DNA of 25,074 bases, from positions 1 to 25,074 of IMG/VR virus record IMGVR_UViG_3300037440_000020; one strand, written 5' to 3'. Both the position numbers and the translations under genes were made by a program. The stretch comes from a virus (Duplodnaviria > Caudoviricetes). The stretch's first letter is position 1, and each line of letters starts with the position of its first letter. Under the pieces are notes generated by a model. The model did no database searches. It was not told where the DNA came from and was given only the letters and a program-made list of their open reading frames with translations. Below are positions 16,031 to 25,049 of this stretch, one piece after another.

Positions 16031-17833
16031 TTAAAACGCCCAGTCTAAGAGCGCACCAGCAGCTTTACCTGCAATCGAACCTATTACAGCACCCATACCT
16101 TGTTTATCAGCGTACTTCGATGCAGCTGAAGCTTGGAATTTTGCTATAGCAACAGCATTCTTTCTGTCAGCATCGTTCTCTGATGATTTCCAAGCATAGT
16201 CAAGAAGAGCATCTGAACGATCCCAAATTTGATTTAATTGTTCTTGAGAAATCGTAGTCATATTCTTGACGTCTGTAGCAGCAGCCTCGAATGCATTAGC
16301 ATTGTCCTGAAGTGTTACAGCCTGTCTCCACTTTGCGTTGGCTACATCGACGTTATATTGCATGTTCTTGTAGAACTGGTCACGATTGTTTTCCATTTCA
16401 GCATTGAACTTACTCGTATCATTACTAGTTTCAGCGTTGAACTGAGACATATTATTTGATTGAGTTGAGTTATACTGTTGGATACTTGAGTTCAGAGTGT
16501 CATAGAATTTATCCATCTCATTCTGAGACTCAGCAGTAAACAGTCTTTGAGCATTAACCTGCTTACTGTCTTCTAGAATAGATTGAACTCTGGCTTGTGT
16601 ATTAATGATCTCTGATTGCTGAGCGTTGTCGAGATTAGCCATATCCATAGCAAGAAAGGCTTTAGAGTTTTCGACAGCAGCAGCCATACGATTATCAATA
16701 TTAGTCAAGTCAAATTTAGCGAGGACATTCGCTCTATTCAAAGTCTGCGCTTGTCTGTTATTTAAATTTTGGAGAGTAAGGGTCTGAAAGAACTGTGCAT
16801 CCTGTTGAGCAATTGGAATACTGGCTTCCATAAGCGCCTGAGACATCGCAGCAGTAGCTGCCGTACCAGACATACCCTTGAACGCAGCAATCTTAGAAAC
16901 ACTTCTAGCAGTTCCAGCAGCCCATCCAGGGATCTTTGGATTACCATCAGCATCCATGAACTCAGACTGAAGAGTCTCTAATTGACCTTTTAGAGTAGCC
17001 TTAGAGTCAGTATAATTACCTTCACCGAGAGCCTCTGCCAGAGCTTTACCAGACGGAGTACTCGTATCGATGATGTTACTTATGTTCTGGATAGCAGCTT
17101 GTTGAAGAGCTTCACCAGTCTGATTAACACTACCGTCTGCGTTTACACCTGTTCCAGCACCTTGCATATCCAATTGAGGAGCATCAATCAAGGCTTCGTC
17201 ACTCACCTCACCCTGTGCAGCTGTAGACTGCCCGCTCTCAGCGATATTCTGTTGAGACAACTGAGCATCATAGCTATTAGCTTCCCGAGGATCGACCTGT
17301 TCAGCTGTAGTAACTGTACCTTGAGCTGCTTCTGCCTGTGGATCAGGTCCAGTCGGTTGCGGAGCAGTAGTATTAGTACCAGCAGTATTAGGATCAATAT
17401 TCTGTTGATGATCAGCTAGGAATTGAGATTCATTCTGTGGAGTAGCCGGATCATCTGTACCTAATGCTTTAGAAGGGTCAAGAGCAACCTGACTAGCGTA
17501 GTCAGTCACATTGATATCACCTTCTTTCTTAGGAGTTCCTGCAACAACAGCACCTGCTTCTCCGACAGGAACAGATGCAGGAGGAGGCGCAGGAGGAGGA
17601 GGTGCCTGCCATGACCCATAAGACTTCAAATATGTTTTATAAAGCCATTTAGGGTTTGTATTTGTGATATCAGGATGAGCTGCTTTAAATGCCTCTAGTG
17701 GAAAATTATCCATTGTGTATTTAGAAGAGGTCTCAGTAGCAGGAGTAGCTCCCTGTGTTACAGGAGCATTATAAGCCTGTGTATTCGGTCGAACACGATC
17801 ACGAAACTCGTCGCGAGAATCACCTTGTGCCAT
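16031..17833 (-). CDS. Probable internal virion/ejection protein (600 aa)
   Basis: Pro/Ala/Thr-rich N-terminal half; Gln/Asn/Ala-rich helical C-terminal half (QFNA/KFNA); Gly/Ala hydrophobic C-terminus. Confidence 0.65.
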   Translation of the reverse strand: MAQGDSRDEFRDRVRPNTQAYNAPVTQGATPATETSSKYTMDNFPLEAFKAAHPDITNTNPKWLYKTYLKSYGSWQAPPPPAPPPASVPVGEAGAVVAGTPKKEGDINVTDYASQVALDPSKALGTDDPATPQNESQFLADHQQNIDPNTAGTNTTAPQPTGPDPQAEAAQGTVTTAEQVDPREANSYDAQLSQQNIAESGQSTAAQGEVSDEALIDAPQLDMQGAGTGVNADGSVNQTGEALQQAAIQNISNIIDTSTPSGKALAEALGEGNYTDSKATLKGQLETLQSEFMDADGNPKIPGWAAGTARSVSKIAAFKGMSGTAATAAMSQALMEASIPIAQQDAQFFQTLTLQNLNNRQAQTLNRANVLAKFDLTNIDNRMAAAVENSKAFLAMDMANLDNAQQSEIINTQARVQSILEDSKQVNAQRLFTAESQNEMDKFYDTLNSSIQQYNSTQSNNMSQFNAETSNDTSKFNAEMENNRDQFYKNMQYNVDVANAKWRQAVTLQDNANAFEAAATDVKNMTTISQEQLNQIWDRSDALLDYAWKSSENDADRKNAVAIAKFQASAASKYADKQGMGAVIGSIAGKAAGALLDWAF

Positions 17834-18036
17834 TATTTAATAACTCCATGAAGTTTGTCCCACAGCAAGAGTATTGTCAATGCCCCGCCTCCTACTACCC
17901 AAATCCAACTGGACTTAAGAGAACCAGTAATTCTAGTATAAGTTTCTTCTCTTTCAATCATAGTTTTAAGAGTATTATATTCTTTGCGAGGGAGACGGAT
18001 ATCTATTAATTCGTCATCTTTAAAATCATCGTTCAT
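17833..18036 (-). CDS. Small membrane protein with a single C-terminal TM (lysis-cassette associated)
   Basis: Charged N-terminus followed by WIWVVGGGALTILLLW; ATGA and TAATG overlaps. Confidence 0.7.
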   Translation of the reverse strand: MNDDFKDDELIDIRLPRKEYNTLKTMIEREETYTRITGSLKSSWIWVVGGGALTILLLWDKLHGVIK

Positions 18037-18410
18037 CGTTTTAAAATCCTCGCTGTGCCTCTTATAGTTGTATCAATGAAGTAACCTCCAACAACAATCC
18101 AAAATAACTGCCAGAGTTCAGGGGAAAGTCCGTCAGTAACCCCTAGAGCAAATACTTTATCCCAGAGTACAAGTTTCCAGGTATATGCGACCATGGGAAT
18201 AGCAAACCCGATACGCACCAATCTTTCAATAGGGTCTGATTGTGCAGCCAGAATGATTGACTTTCTAGCTTCAAGTAAATTGATTCTTTCATCAGCGGCA
18301 ATCCTTTCGCTGTCATTCGCAGCATTTAACTTAGATTGGTAGGCTTCTTTTAAGTCATTTGATATTGATGATAATGGTCCAGAGACCAATCCAAGTAATA
18401 GCTTCCACAT
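18033..18410 (-). CDS. Putative holin (3TM/GTA-holin-like)
   Basis: Amphipathic N-terminus, coiled segment, VR..F..P...Y.WK.V.WDKV..LG.TD.L....W......GGYF; located near the endolysin. Confidence 0.6.
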   Translation of the reverse strand: MWKLLLGLVSGPLSSISNDLKEAYQSKLNAANDSERIAADERINLLEARKSIILAAQSDPIERLVRIGFAIPMVAYTWKLVLWDKVFALGVTDGLSPELWQLFWIVVGGYFIDTTIRGTARILKR

Positions 18411-18598
18411 TATTCGATCTTCTTTTTGTTGGGTACTAGATAAGTAATCAACGAGATCAAAGCACCCAAGATTACAGTCATAGTGGACTCGTCGAGGGGG
18501 AGTTCGATACCATAATGGAGATTGATCAGATAGATTACAACCATCACGATACCTACAAAAGCTTTATTATATTGTTGTAACCAGTCTGTACAAGTCAT
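18410..18598 (-). CDS. Putative two-TM holin (62 aa)
   Basis: SD AAGGAG; two hydrophobic helices; YNKA..., TYLVPN and a basic tail. Confidence 0.6.
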   Translation of the reverse strand: MTCTDWLQQYNKAFVGIVMVVIYLINLHYGIELPLDESTMTVILGALISLITYLVPNKKKIE

Positions 18599-18925
18599 TT
18601 ACTTCTCCTTCGTTTTCCACTTACCAGGTGTGACTTGAGAATTATGTTTTCTCCAAATCTCTTCTCGCGCTTTTTTGTTTGCTGGATTTTTTGGTCGCAT
18701 ATCATTAGTGCTACGAGCATCTGCATAAGGAGAGGCATCTACCTTAGACTGAGGAGTCTTCTTATAGTGTTCAGCATTCTCTTTTACAAAATCAGCCCGT
18801 CCCTGCTCCATCTCCATTTTCCGTTTTATAAAAGCAGGATCATTGCCTGGACGCATACCCTTTTTTGTAGGAGTATAATAAACGTCAGTTCCATGCATAT
18901 CTTTGACTTTAACTTTCTTAGGCAT
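18599..18925 (-). CDS. Basic, probably disordered protein with C-terminal SQVTPGKWK
   Basis: Lys/Arg-rich; TAATG-coupled to the endolysin; SD GGGAG. Confidence 0.7.
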   Translation of the reverse strand: MPKKVKVKDMHGTDVYYTPTKKGMRPGNDPAFIKRKMEMEQGRADFVKENAEHYKKTPQSKVDASPYADARSTNDMRPKNPANKKAREEIWRKHNSQVTPGKWKTKEK

Positions 18926-19566
18926 TATTTTCTCCCGAAAATTAATTTGAACATATTAAGGATAGCCTCTAGGAAGGTCATAGGAGGCCGTGAGACGGGA
19001 ACGTGATCAAGTGGAGGTTGTACCACAGGTTCGTCAGGAATCGTCTGTACGGGCTTCTCTGGGCTGTTTAGACCATATCCTATACTAACTAAGTCAGCAT
19101 CATACGATTTAGCATAACCTGCGATTAAATTCTTGTCATCTACGCCGTTAATAATCCGTCTTGCTTCAACAAAGTCAGATTTGCTTAGTGTGATATGACG
19201 ACTCAAAGTATGTCTGCCCTTTTTATCTCCAGCAAACCATCCTTCTTTCATTCCAGTAATACAGATAGGGACTGCATACTTCGGAAGTAAAAGGAGATCA
19301 GGGTTCTTAATGAAATCTACACCGAGCTTTTTACCAGCCTTGATATAATTTTCTGCCCAAGTGATCTGAACATAACCTCTACCATAATGAGGATAATATT
19401 TCTTAGACTTGAGATAAGCCTGACCACCCATTTCCTTGATAGGTTTCATAGTATGGGCTGTCTCATGATACACAGTAGCAAGAACGTAGGCCATTTGATT
19501 CCTAAGTAACCCTTGCCTCTTGCCTTCTGCGATGAGTAATTGTGTGTCACCTAGTTTGAGATTCAT
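18925..19566 (-). CDS. Endolysin, glycoside hydrolase family 19 (lysozyme fold)
   Basis: AYVLAT.YHET, P..E, YGRGYVQITW.ENY and ARRIING.D motifs. Likely start ATG19566 (ATGA overlap, GGAAGGA upstream). Pro linker plus amphipathic C-terminal helix. Confidence 0.9.
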   Translation of the reverse strand: MNLKLGDTQLLIAEGKRQGLLRNQMAYVLATVYHETAHTMKPIKEMGGQAYLKSKKYYPHYGRGYVQITWAENYIKAGKKLGVDFIKNPDLLLLPKYAVPICITGMKEGWFAGDKKGRHTLSRHITLSKSDFVEARRIINGVDDKNLIAGYAKSYDADLVSIGYGLNSPEKPVQTIPDEPVVQPPLDHVPVSRPPMTFLEAILNMFKLIFGRK

Positions 19567-19931
19567 TTCTTTTCCTTCCAATCACCAGGAGTAACTTGAG
19601 AAGTATATCCCTTCAAGTTTGTGAAGACTGTCGGCTTTGTATAAGGTTTAGAAGGGTCAGGACGTTCAGTAGGTATCGGAGTTTTATCATTCGGATTTAG
19701 TGGAGGAATAGGCTTATCCATATTCTTCAACATCTTCCTGAATGGACTCTTCTTATTATCCAAAGTATCTTTGATTTTTTCTTTACCAAATTCTTGGAAT
19801 TCTTTCCGTCTTTGAAGATCGACTCTCACTAAAGCAGGGTTTTTATGTGGATTAGATTTAAAAGCTCCTGCCGAAGTATCCTTACTCCGGTCTTCAACAT
19901 TCTTAGATTGATGAGATTTATCTAGTTTCAT
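19563..19931 (-). CDS. Basic, probably disordered protein with C-terminal SQVTPGDWK
   Basis: Lys/Pro-rich; AGGAAGAG upstream; coupled to the endolysin. Confidence 0.7.
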   Translation of the reverse strand: MKLDKSHQSKNVEDRSKDTSAGAFKSNPHKNPALVRVDLQRRKEFQEFGKEKIKDTLDNKKSPFRKMLKNMDKPIPPLNPNDKTPIPTERPDPSKPYTKPTVFTNLKGYTSQVTPGDWKEKK

Positions 19932-19940
19932 GATCTCTTC

Positions 19941-20762
19941 CTATTGTATACAAACACTTGCCATGACAGCACCTGTCGGCTCTGAAATTGAGGTTTGCTG
20001 GGCGGAAATTTCATAATTTATTTGAGACACCTGTCCTGTAATAAAACCTCCACCAAAACGACTATTAGTAGGCTCAGTTCCGCCTGCGTGCTGCACGTCA
20101 TAAGTTGTGTTTACCCCAGTCCAAGAGATCGCTCCGCCTGATGCTGATGATGTTGCAGCGCCAATAGAAATACCATTATCTCCAATTGTATTATTAGCCA
20201 ACCCAACACTAACAGGATTAGGTCCGGAGTACGAATCAACAGTATCATCCGAGAAACTTGTCCGTCCAATTACTCGGTAAGAACCAATTACACAAGCAGT
20301 ATTACCACCAGAAAACGTTATAACAATATCCCCAGAAGTCCCAGTTGGAACAGCAGCAAAGATAACCGCCGCGCCGACTGATTGGCTGACACTATCACTA
20401 AGATTAGTTTGTCTCTGAATAGTCGCAGCTACACCACCAATAGTAGCTGAACTAATTGATCGGGTCAGTGCACCGGCGGCCCAACTAACACCAACGAATA
20501 TTTCTCGTGTAGATGCTGCTGCCCCGAAATTCTCACCACTAAACGTATATGTCGACAAAGCCGTTAATTGGGATGTATCTTGCAAAAACTCAGCCCCATA
20601 AGAACTCTTCCCAAGAAAGTCTGAGAAAGAGATAGGTCCGGTAGGAACACCAGCCAAAGCTCTTTCTTCTGCACCTGTAATACTAAAAGCAGCATCCGCA
20701 GCACGACCTAATTCGATATTAATCTCACTAGCACTAAGGGGAAAGGAAGCAGGTAGTGTCAT
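19941..20762 (-). CDS. Putative tail-fibre tip adhesin / receptor-binding protein (gp38-like position)
   Basis: N-terminal LPAS.PLS..EIN.ELG...RALAG...GPISFSDFLGKS anchor motif, then a Gly/Ser/Thr-rich beta domain; directly follows the S74-containing fibre. Confidence 0.7.
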   Translation of the reverse strand: MTLPASFPLSASEINIELGRAADAAFSITGAEERALAGVPTGPISFSDFLGKSSYGAEFLQDTSQLTALSTYTFSGENFGAAASTREIFVGVSWAAGALTRSISSATIGGVAATIQRQTNLSDSVSQSVGAAVIFAAVPTGTSGDIVITFSGGNTACVIGSYRVIGRTSFSDDTVDSYSGPNPVSVGLANNTIGDNGISIGAATSSASGGAISWTGVNTTYDVQHAGGTEPTNSRFGGGFITGQVSQINYEISAQQTSISEPTGAVMASVCIQ

Positions 20763-20763
20763 G

Positions 20764-22701
20764 TTAGACCTCTTTAGTCTCTAAAATTTTGATACGTTCT
20801 TGAAGGTCCTTTACTGTCTCCCAAAGAATAGCCACCATATTAGGATAAGCCAGAGACAACATACCATCTTCACCTTCATGGACTAATTCTGGTGCATACT
20901 TTTGGACATCTTGAGCGATAAATCCGATGCTCTTTTGATCAGTACTGATCTTAGTAAAGGTGACAGGCACGATATCCTGGACTGTCTCGATAGCCCATTG
21001 ACGGTTAATCGGGAGGATGTCTTTCTTTAGGCGAATATCAGAGTTCGCAGTGATATCACCGGCAGCAGTAAAGTCACCAGATGAATTATAGGTCCCCTGA
21101 TTTGTCGCGCTACCAGCACCATTCGGTCGTAAGAAGACCGTCCCAGCTGCTGAAGTTCCGAGGACAACAGCTGTAGTAGAACTCGCAAAGTTCTGGTTAG
21201 AAGTGACTGTACCTACAAAGGTTCCAGTAGTACCACTAACAGCTCCAGAAAAAGTGCCGGTAGTACCACTTATAGCACCAGAGAAAGTACCAGTAGTCCC
21301 AGAGATTGCTCCAGTAAAAGTACCTGTAGTTCCACTAATTGCAGTACCACTAACAGCACCCGATGAAGACAAAGCCCCTACAGTTGCAGTTCCTGTAATA
21401 GTAGCACCAGCTGCGTTAAGAGTCAGCCGTCCAGTATTAGTACCTGCGACAGGGATTACAAACAGCATATTCCCGTCTTCACTACCTGAAGTAGCATCTG
21501 CTATATCAGTACGGATATGTCCATATTCCTGTTGATTTCCTGCACTATCTTCACCCAGAAAACGAATTTGTCCAAGGATGTCAGATGCTGCTGGACTTGC
21601 ACTATCACGATAAAGATTCAGGACTGGTCCGACACCAGCACCAGCGTTAGTACTAGTTAGTGTCACATCTCCAGAGAATGCACCAGTAGTTCCTGAGAGG
21701 GCACCTGAAAAAGTACCTGTAGTCCCACTAACACCTGCTGTAGCGGTAAGTGCTCCAGATAGAGAGAGGTTTCCATTACTCAAAAGAGTGGCTTGACCGA
21801 CAGTACTACCAGAACTAGTAGGACGAAGAAGGATTCCATTACCACTCGCTGCCAGAACACCTGTCGCATTAGTAGACTGGAAAACTTGTCCAGCAGTAAC
21901 TGTGTTAAGAGAAGTAATATTCCCAGCACCAGTATAAGTACCACCAGTAATTGTTTTACCCGAGAAAGTCAAAGCAGTCGGTAATGAAATAGTTGGATTA
22001 CCAGCAGCACCAGTACCATTAGCGACTGTCACCTCAGCAGAAGTACCAGTCAAAGTTCTTTTAGTAAATGCATCAGAACCAGTTTGAACGACCAACCCAG
22101 CTGTTCCATCCAGCCCAGCGAGAGCAGTCAACGTTGCATCTAAAGGTTGATTAGCACCAGCAGCATCTACTCCAAGAGTTGTTCTTGCAGCTGCAGCACT
22201 GGCGTCATCGATCAAAGTTCTCGCAAAAGAAGTCAGGGGGCTTAATGCCCACGTACCTGCACCTGTAGCATAAGGAACTCGATCAGCGACTGAAGTCAAA
22301 GCAGCAATAGCAGTCAGATCAGTATCATGAGGCTGAAACCTGCGCCATACAGCAGCTCCGACAGTTGAATCTAGACAGATATAGAAAATATCATTCGTCA
22401 CATCAACCCAAAGAGAACCAACAACATAACCATCATCAGAGTCATCATTTACAGTCGGTGCTGTAGTGGCGTTAGTCTTATTGATACCGGCTGTACCACC
22501 ATTAGCGACAGGAAGAACACCAGTGACACTGGTTGTAAGACTAATCTTAGGACCTTCACCTGAAGTCCCATCATGGGCATGACCTGTAGTACCATTAAAA
22601 GCTGCTTGAATAGCATCAAATTCATTATCTAAATCTTCGGCTTCAATGACTAGCCCGTCATCAATTTCAGCATCAGACTGGCGAGTATATCCTGTACCCA
22701 T
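20764..22701 (-). CDS. Tail fibre with C-terminal intramolecular chaperone (peptidase S74)
   Basis: N-terminal GYTRQS...L.NEF..I..AF....GH.HDG..GEG anchor; Gly/Thr/Ala repeats; C-terminal SDIRLKKDI...GFIAQDV...PELV...L.Y..M...L...VK.L coiled coil. Confidence 0.9.
   Translation of the reverse strand: MGTGYTRQSDAEIDDGLVIEAEDLDNEFDAIQAAFNGTTGHAHDGTSGEGPKISLTTSVTGVLPVANGGTAGINKTNATTAPTVNDDSDDGYVVGSLWVDVTNDIFYICLDSTVGAAVWRRFQPHDTDLTAIAALTSVADRVPYATGAGTWALSPLTSFARTLIDDASAAAARTTLGVDAAGANQPLDATLTALAGLDGTAGLVVQTGSDAFTKRTLTGTSAEVTVANGTGAAGNPTISLPTALTFSGKTITGGTYTGAGNITSLNTVTAGQVFQSTNATGVLAASGNGILLRPTSSGSTVGQATLLSNGNLSLSGALTATAGVSGTTGTFSGALSGTTGAFSGDVTLTSTNAGAGVGPVLNLYRDSASPAASDILGQIRFLGEDSAGNQQEYGHIRTDIADATSGSEDGNMLFVIPVAGTNTGRLTLNAAGATITGTATVGALSSSGAVSGTAISGTTGTFTGAISGTTGTFSGAISGTTGTFSGAVSGTTGTFVGTVTSNQNFASSTTAVVLGTSAAGTVFLRPNGAGSATNQGTYNSSGDFTAAGDITANSDIRLKKDILPINRQWAIETVQDIVPVTFTKISTDQKSIGFIAQDVQKYAPELVHEGEDGMLSLAYPNMVAILWETVKDLQERIKILETKEV
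21217..21348 (-). repeat. About 4 tandem 33-nt units encoding (A-I/V-S)GTTGTF(S/T)G in the tail fibre; two more copies near 21671-21735
   Basis: The protein reads [44 protein letters not shown]; the units differ at synonymous positions. Confidence 0.85.
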
Positions 22702-22704
22702 TAT

Positions 22705-24270
22705 TTATTTCCTTCCGTTAACAGCATATTCATAGACAATCGCCTGAATAGAGTAACTATCATTCATATCATTAGTACTAAACGTTATTCTATTTGAAAA
22801 TCCACTACCTTCGACATTTGTGAGTAGCACTGGAGAGGCTGTCATAGCGTAGACAGAAGTTCCGTACACTCCTTCTCCGTATAATGCTCCTATGACATCA
22901 TCTTCAATCAGATAGTTAGTAGGATTATAGACATCCCTTGAATTCCAATCATATTGGATAGCAGTACTAAGTGTTAATTCACCTTCTGCTCTCAAGAATA
23001 CTGAAACTTTATGAAGGGTTTTACGGATTTGGCTTTCGCCGAAATCAAGATAAGGTGTCGCGTAGACAGCCGGAATATTTTCCCCATCGAAATCATTTCC
23101 TGTCTCCTGTCTATACACATGACCATTAAAATCTCCATGAAGGACAAACTCATCAGTCAAAATATAACCAGATATAGACACAGAAGTACGGATACCTCTT
23201 AATTTACCCCATTCCCAATTAATTCCGTTAGCATCACCCTTTAAACAACCAATAATCCCATTATTTTTAGGTGCATCTAGAAGTTCATCAGAGAAAAAAC
23301 AACGATATTGTGATTTTCTACGAATAACAACAGAATTTACTGAGGGGAGATCAGCACTAAGAATAAAAGCAGTGACATCTTGTTGGATATTCTTAGATTG
23401 AACACCTAATTCGATATCTCCAATTCTTTCTGTACCAGCGATAGTTCTAAAACCATCTTGTGAGAGGAATTTTAGATCACCGTTGATCTCTTGAACGGAG
23501 TCAGAAGCGACTAATCCGATATTCTTTGTGACATCATTGATGACAAAATCTTCTCCGGAGACAGTGATCTTCTTAATTTGTGTCTCTCCGAAAACATAAA
23601 GTTCATCTCGGAAGGGTTTAATCTGTTTGACTACGAAACCGGCATTAATTTGACCAGCACCGGAAGCGACATCCCAATCAGACTCATCAGTCGGAGCAGA
23701 ATAGACGACCAGATTAGGGTCAGCTGCATCGCCTGACACAAAAAGAGTGTTCTTAAACGTAGAAATGTATTTAGGATCAGGGATTGATTGATCACCAGTC
23801 GGTTGAGTCCAAGTAGTTCCATCAAAAACGATGACTCCATTGACACCATCGACGAAAGCAACCTTATTAGTCCCATCCCAATTAAACGTATCTGAACGGA
23901 TTTTAGAAACACCAGTACTTACTAAAGTTAAACCAGTCGTATAAGCAGACCAAACTGCTCCTGACACCCATCTATAGAAATTATAAGTAGCACCGGACTG
24001 TTGTTTTCTAGCCGAAAGGATCTGTTCATTATAAATAACTAGTCCGAGGATTCTTCCTTCAGCTGCACCGGGATCAACTTCAGGTGCTTCTGACTCTAGT
24101 GGTGTAAAACCATTTATTCTGCGATACCCACCAAACAAAGATGATTCAAAATTCAATAAAGTCGTAGCCGAACCTGGAAATCTATCACTCAGAAGAAGCG
24201 CATTCTGATTAGAGTCCAATCCTCCTTCACAAATGACTTTATAGGATTGAAATCTTTCCATGTTAGCCAT
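22705..24270 (-). CDS. Tail tubular protein B / nozzle-like (P22 gp10/T7 gp12 positional analogue)
   Basis: 521 aa, beta-propeller-like composition (GGL.., GY.RI.G, YSAP, FLS.DG.R); lies between the connector and the fibre. Confidence 0.75.
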   Translation of the reverse strand: MANMERFQSYKVICEGGLDSNQNALLLSDRFPGSATTLLNFESSLFGGYRRINGFTPLESEAPEVDPGAAEGRILGLVIYNEQILSARKQQSGATYNFYRWVSGAVWSAYTTGLTLVSTGVSKIRSDTFNWDGTNKVAFVDGVNGVIVFDGTTWTQPTGDQSIPDPKYISTFKNTLFVSGDAADPNLVVYSAPTDESDWDVASGAGQINAGFVVKQIKPFRDELYVFGETQIKKITVSGEDFVINDVTKNIGLVASDSVQEINGDLKFLSQDGFRTIAGTERIGDIELGVQSKNIQQDVTAFILSADLPSVNSVVIRRKSQYRCFFSDELLDAPKNNGIIGCLKGDANGINWEWGKLRGIRTSVSISGYILTDEFVLHGDFNGHVYRQETGNDFDGENIPAVYATPYLDFGESQIRKTLHKVSVFLRAEGELTLSTAIQYDWNSRDVYNPTNYLIEDDVIGALYGEGVYGTSVYAMTASPVLLTNVEGSGFSNRITFSTNDMNDSYSIQAIVYEYAVNGRK

Positions 24271-25008
24271 TTACAAACCACCTTTATAGAAATAATAACC
24301 ACCGCTTGAGTGACCACCACCAAAATTAACCCGAGAGTCATAGGCATACATCGCGTTAGGAAGATAAAGATTAGTCATATCTTTGATACCATCTTCAAAC
24401 TTCTTCTTTACGATTTGGACACCTTCTGCATTTTCTTTGAAAAGGTTCATATGATACAGTGCCCCGGCCATAATGACATAATCAAACTTTGAGGGGATAG
24501 TGACTTCATCATCAAAAGCAGACAGGTCTATAGGGTTTTTATAATACCTAAATTTAATAGGATAGACTTTATTAGGAGAAGGGGTTACACCCCAACCATT
24601 ACCATGAGAAGGGAAGACTAGAACAGGGATGTTTTTCCCTAAAGCTTCAGAATCATAGTCCTGATCACGAAAATTATGATACCACTCTTCACGAGAGATA
24701 TGTTGAAGTTGTTTGTGATTGATATTTAGTGCATCGTCTTTTTGAATTTGGAAAGAGTTCCAATCAGCAGCAGTAAAATCTACAGGCCAAGAATACTCTT
24801 CCACACCTACTTCGAGGTTTTGTGAGTGTTCTACGGCGTTAAAAGGCCAATCAATTCTACTTGAGTTCAACTCTCGAATTGTATCTAGGACACAATCTTT
24901 TGCTGTCGCTTGAATGCCACGGGCAGACACGAAGTCTGATTCAGTAATCTCGACATCATTGACCCTACGAAGCAGACGATTTGTTAGTTCCATATATGTA
25001 CTAGGCAT
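24271..25008 (-). CDS. Tail tubular protein A / head-tail adaptor
   Basis: TY.EL.N.LLRR.N.V, WPF, G...YS.P.D, ..P.P.K.Y.I...YY..P..L....D...IP..F..VI..GA; SD GGAGG. Confidence 0.75.
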   Translation of the reverse strand: MPSTYMELTNRLLRRVNDVEITESDFVSARGIQATAKDCVLDTIRELNSSRIDWPFNAVEHSQNLEVGVEEYSWPVDFTAADWNSFQIQKDDALNINHKQLQHISREEWYHNFRDQDYDSEALGKNIPVLVFPSHGNGWGVTPSPNKVYPIKFRYYKNPIDLSAFDDEVTIPSKFDYVIMAGALYHMNLFKENAEGVQIVKKKFEDGIKDMTNLYLPNAMYAYDSRVNFGGGHSSGGYYFYKGGL

Positions 25009-25049
25009 TAGTGACCTCCAGTCACGTCATTATGATCTTCGATCATTTA
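25006..25049 (-). promoter_or_regulatory. Mini-ORF (MIEDHNDVTGGH*) / double-hairpin leader element A
   Basis: On the - strand: TAA-ATGATC-GAA-GATCAT-AATGAC-GTGACT-GGA-GGTCAC-TAATG. The second hairpin contains the downstream SD (GGAGG). Confidence 0.6.

Noticed and set aside
18410-18598. o-spanin lipoprotein (Cys near the N-terminus)
   Set aside because: The Cys is at residue 3 with no preceding hydrophobic signal or lipobox; two TM helices fit a holin better.
21217-21348. 33-nt repeats as a CRISPR array or a diversity-generating-retroelement TR/VR pair
   Set aside because: They are contiguous in-frame coding repeats with synonymous variation; no spacers, no reverse transcriptase and no adenine-specific variant pair were noticed.
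11025-24492. Antisense and alternate-frame ORFs in the structural arm (e.g. 12048..12437, 14594..14866, 18635..19006, 21203..21535)
   Set aside because: They lie wholly within longer, well-supported genes and mirror those genes' codon bias and repeats; no independent motifs.
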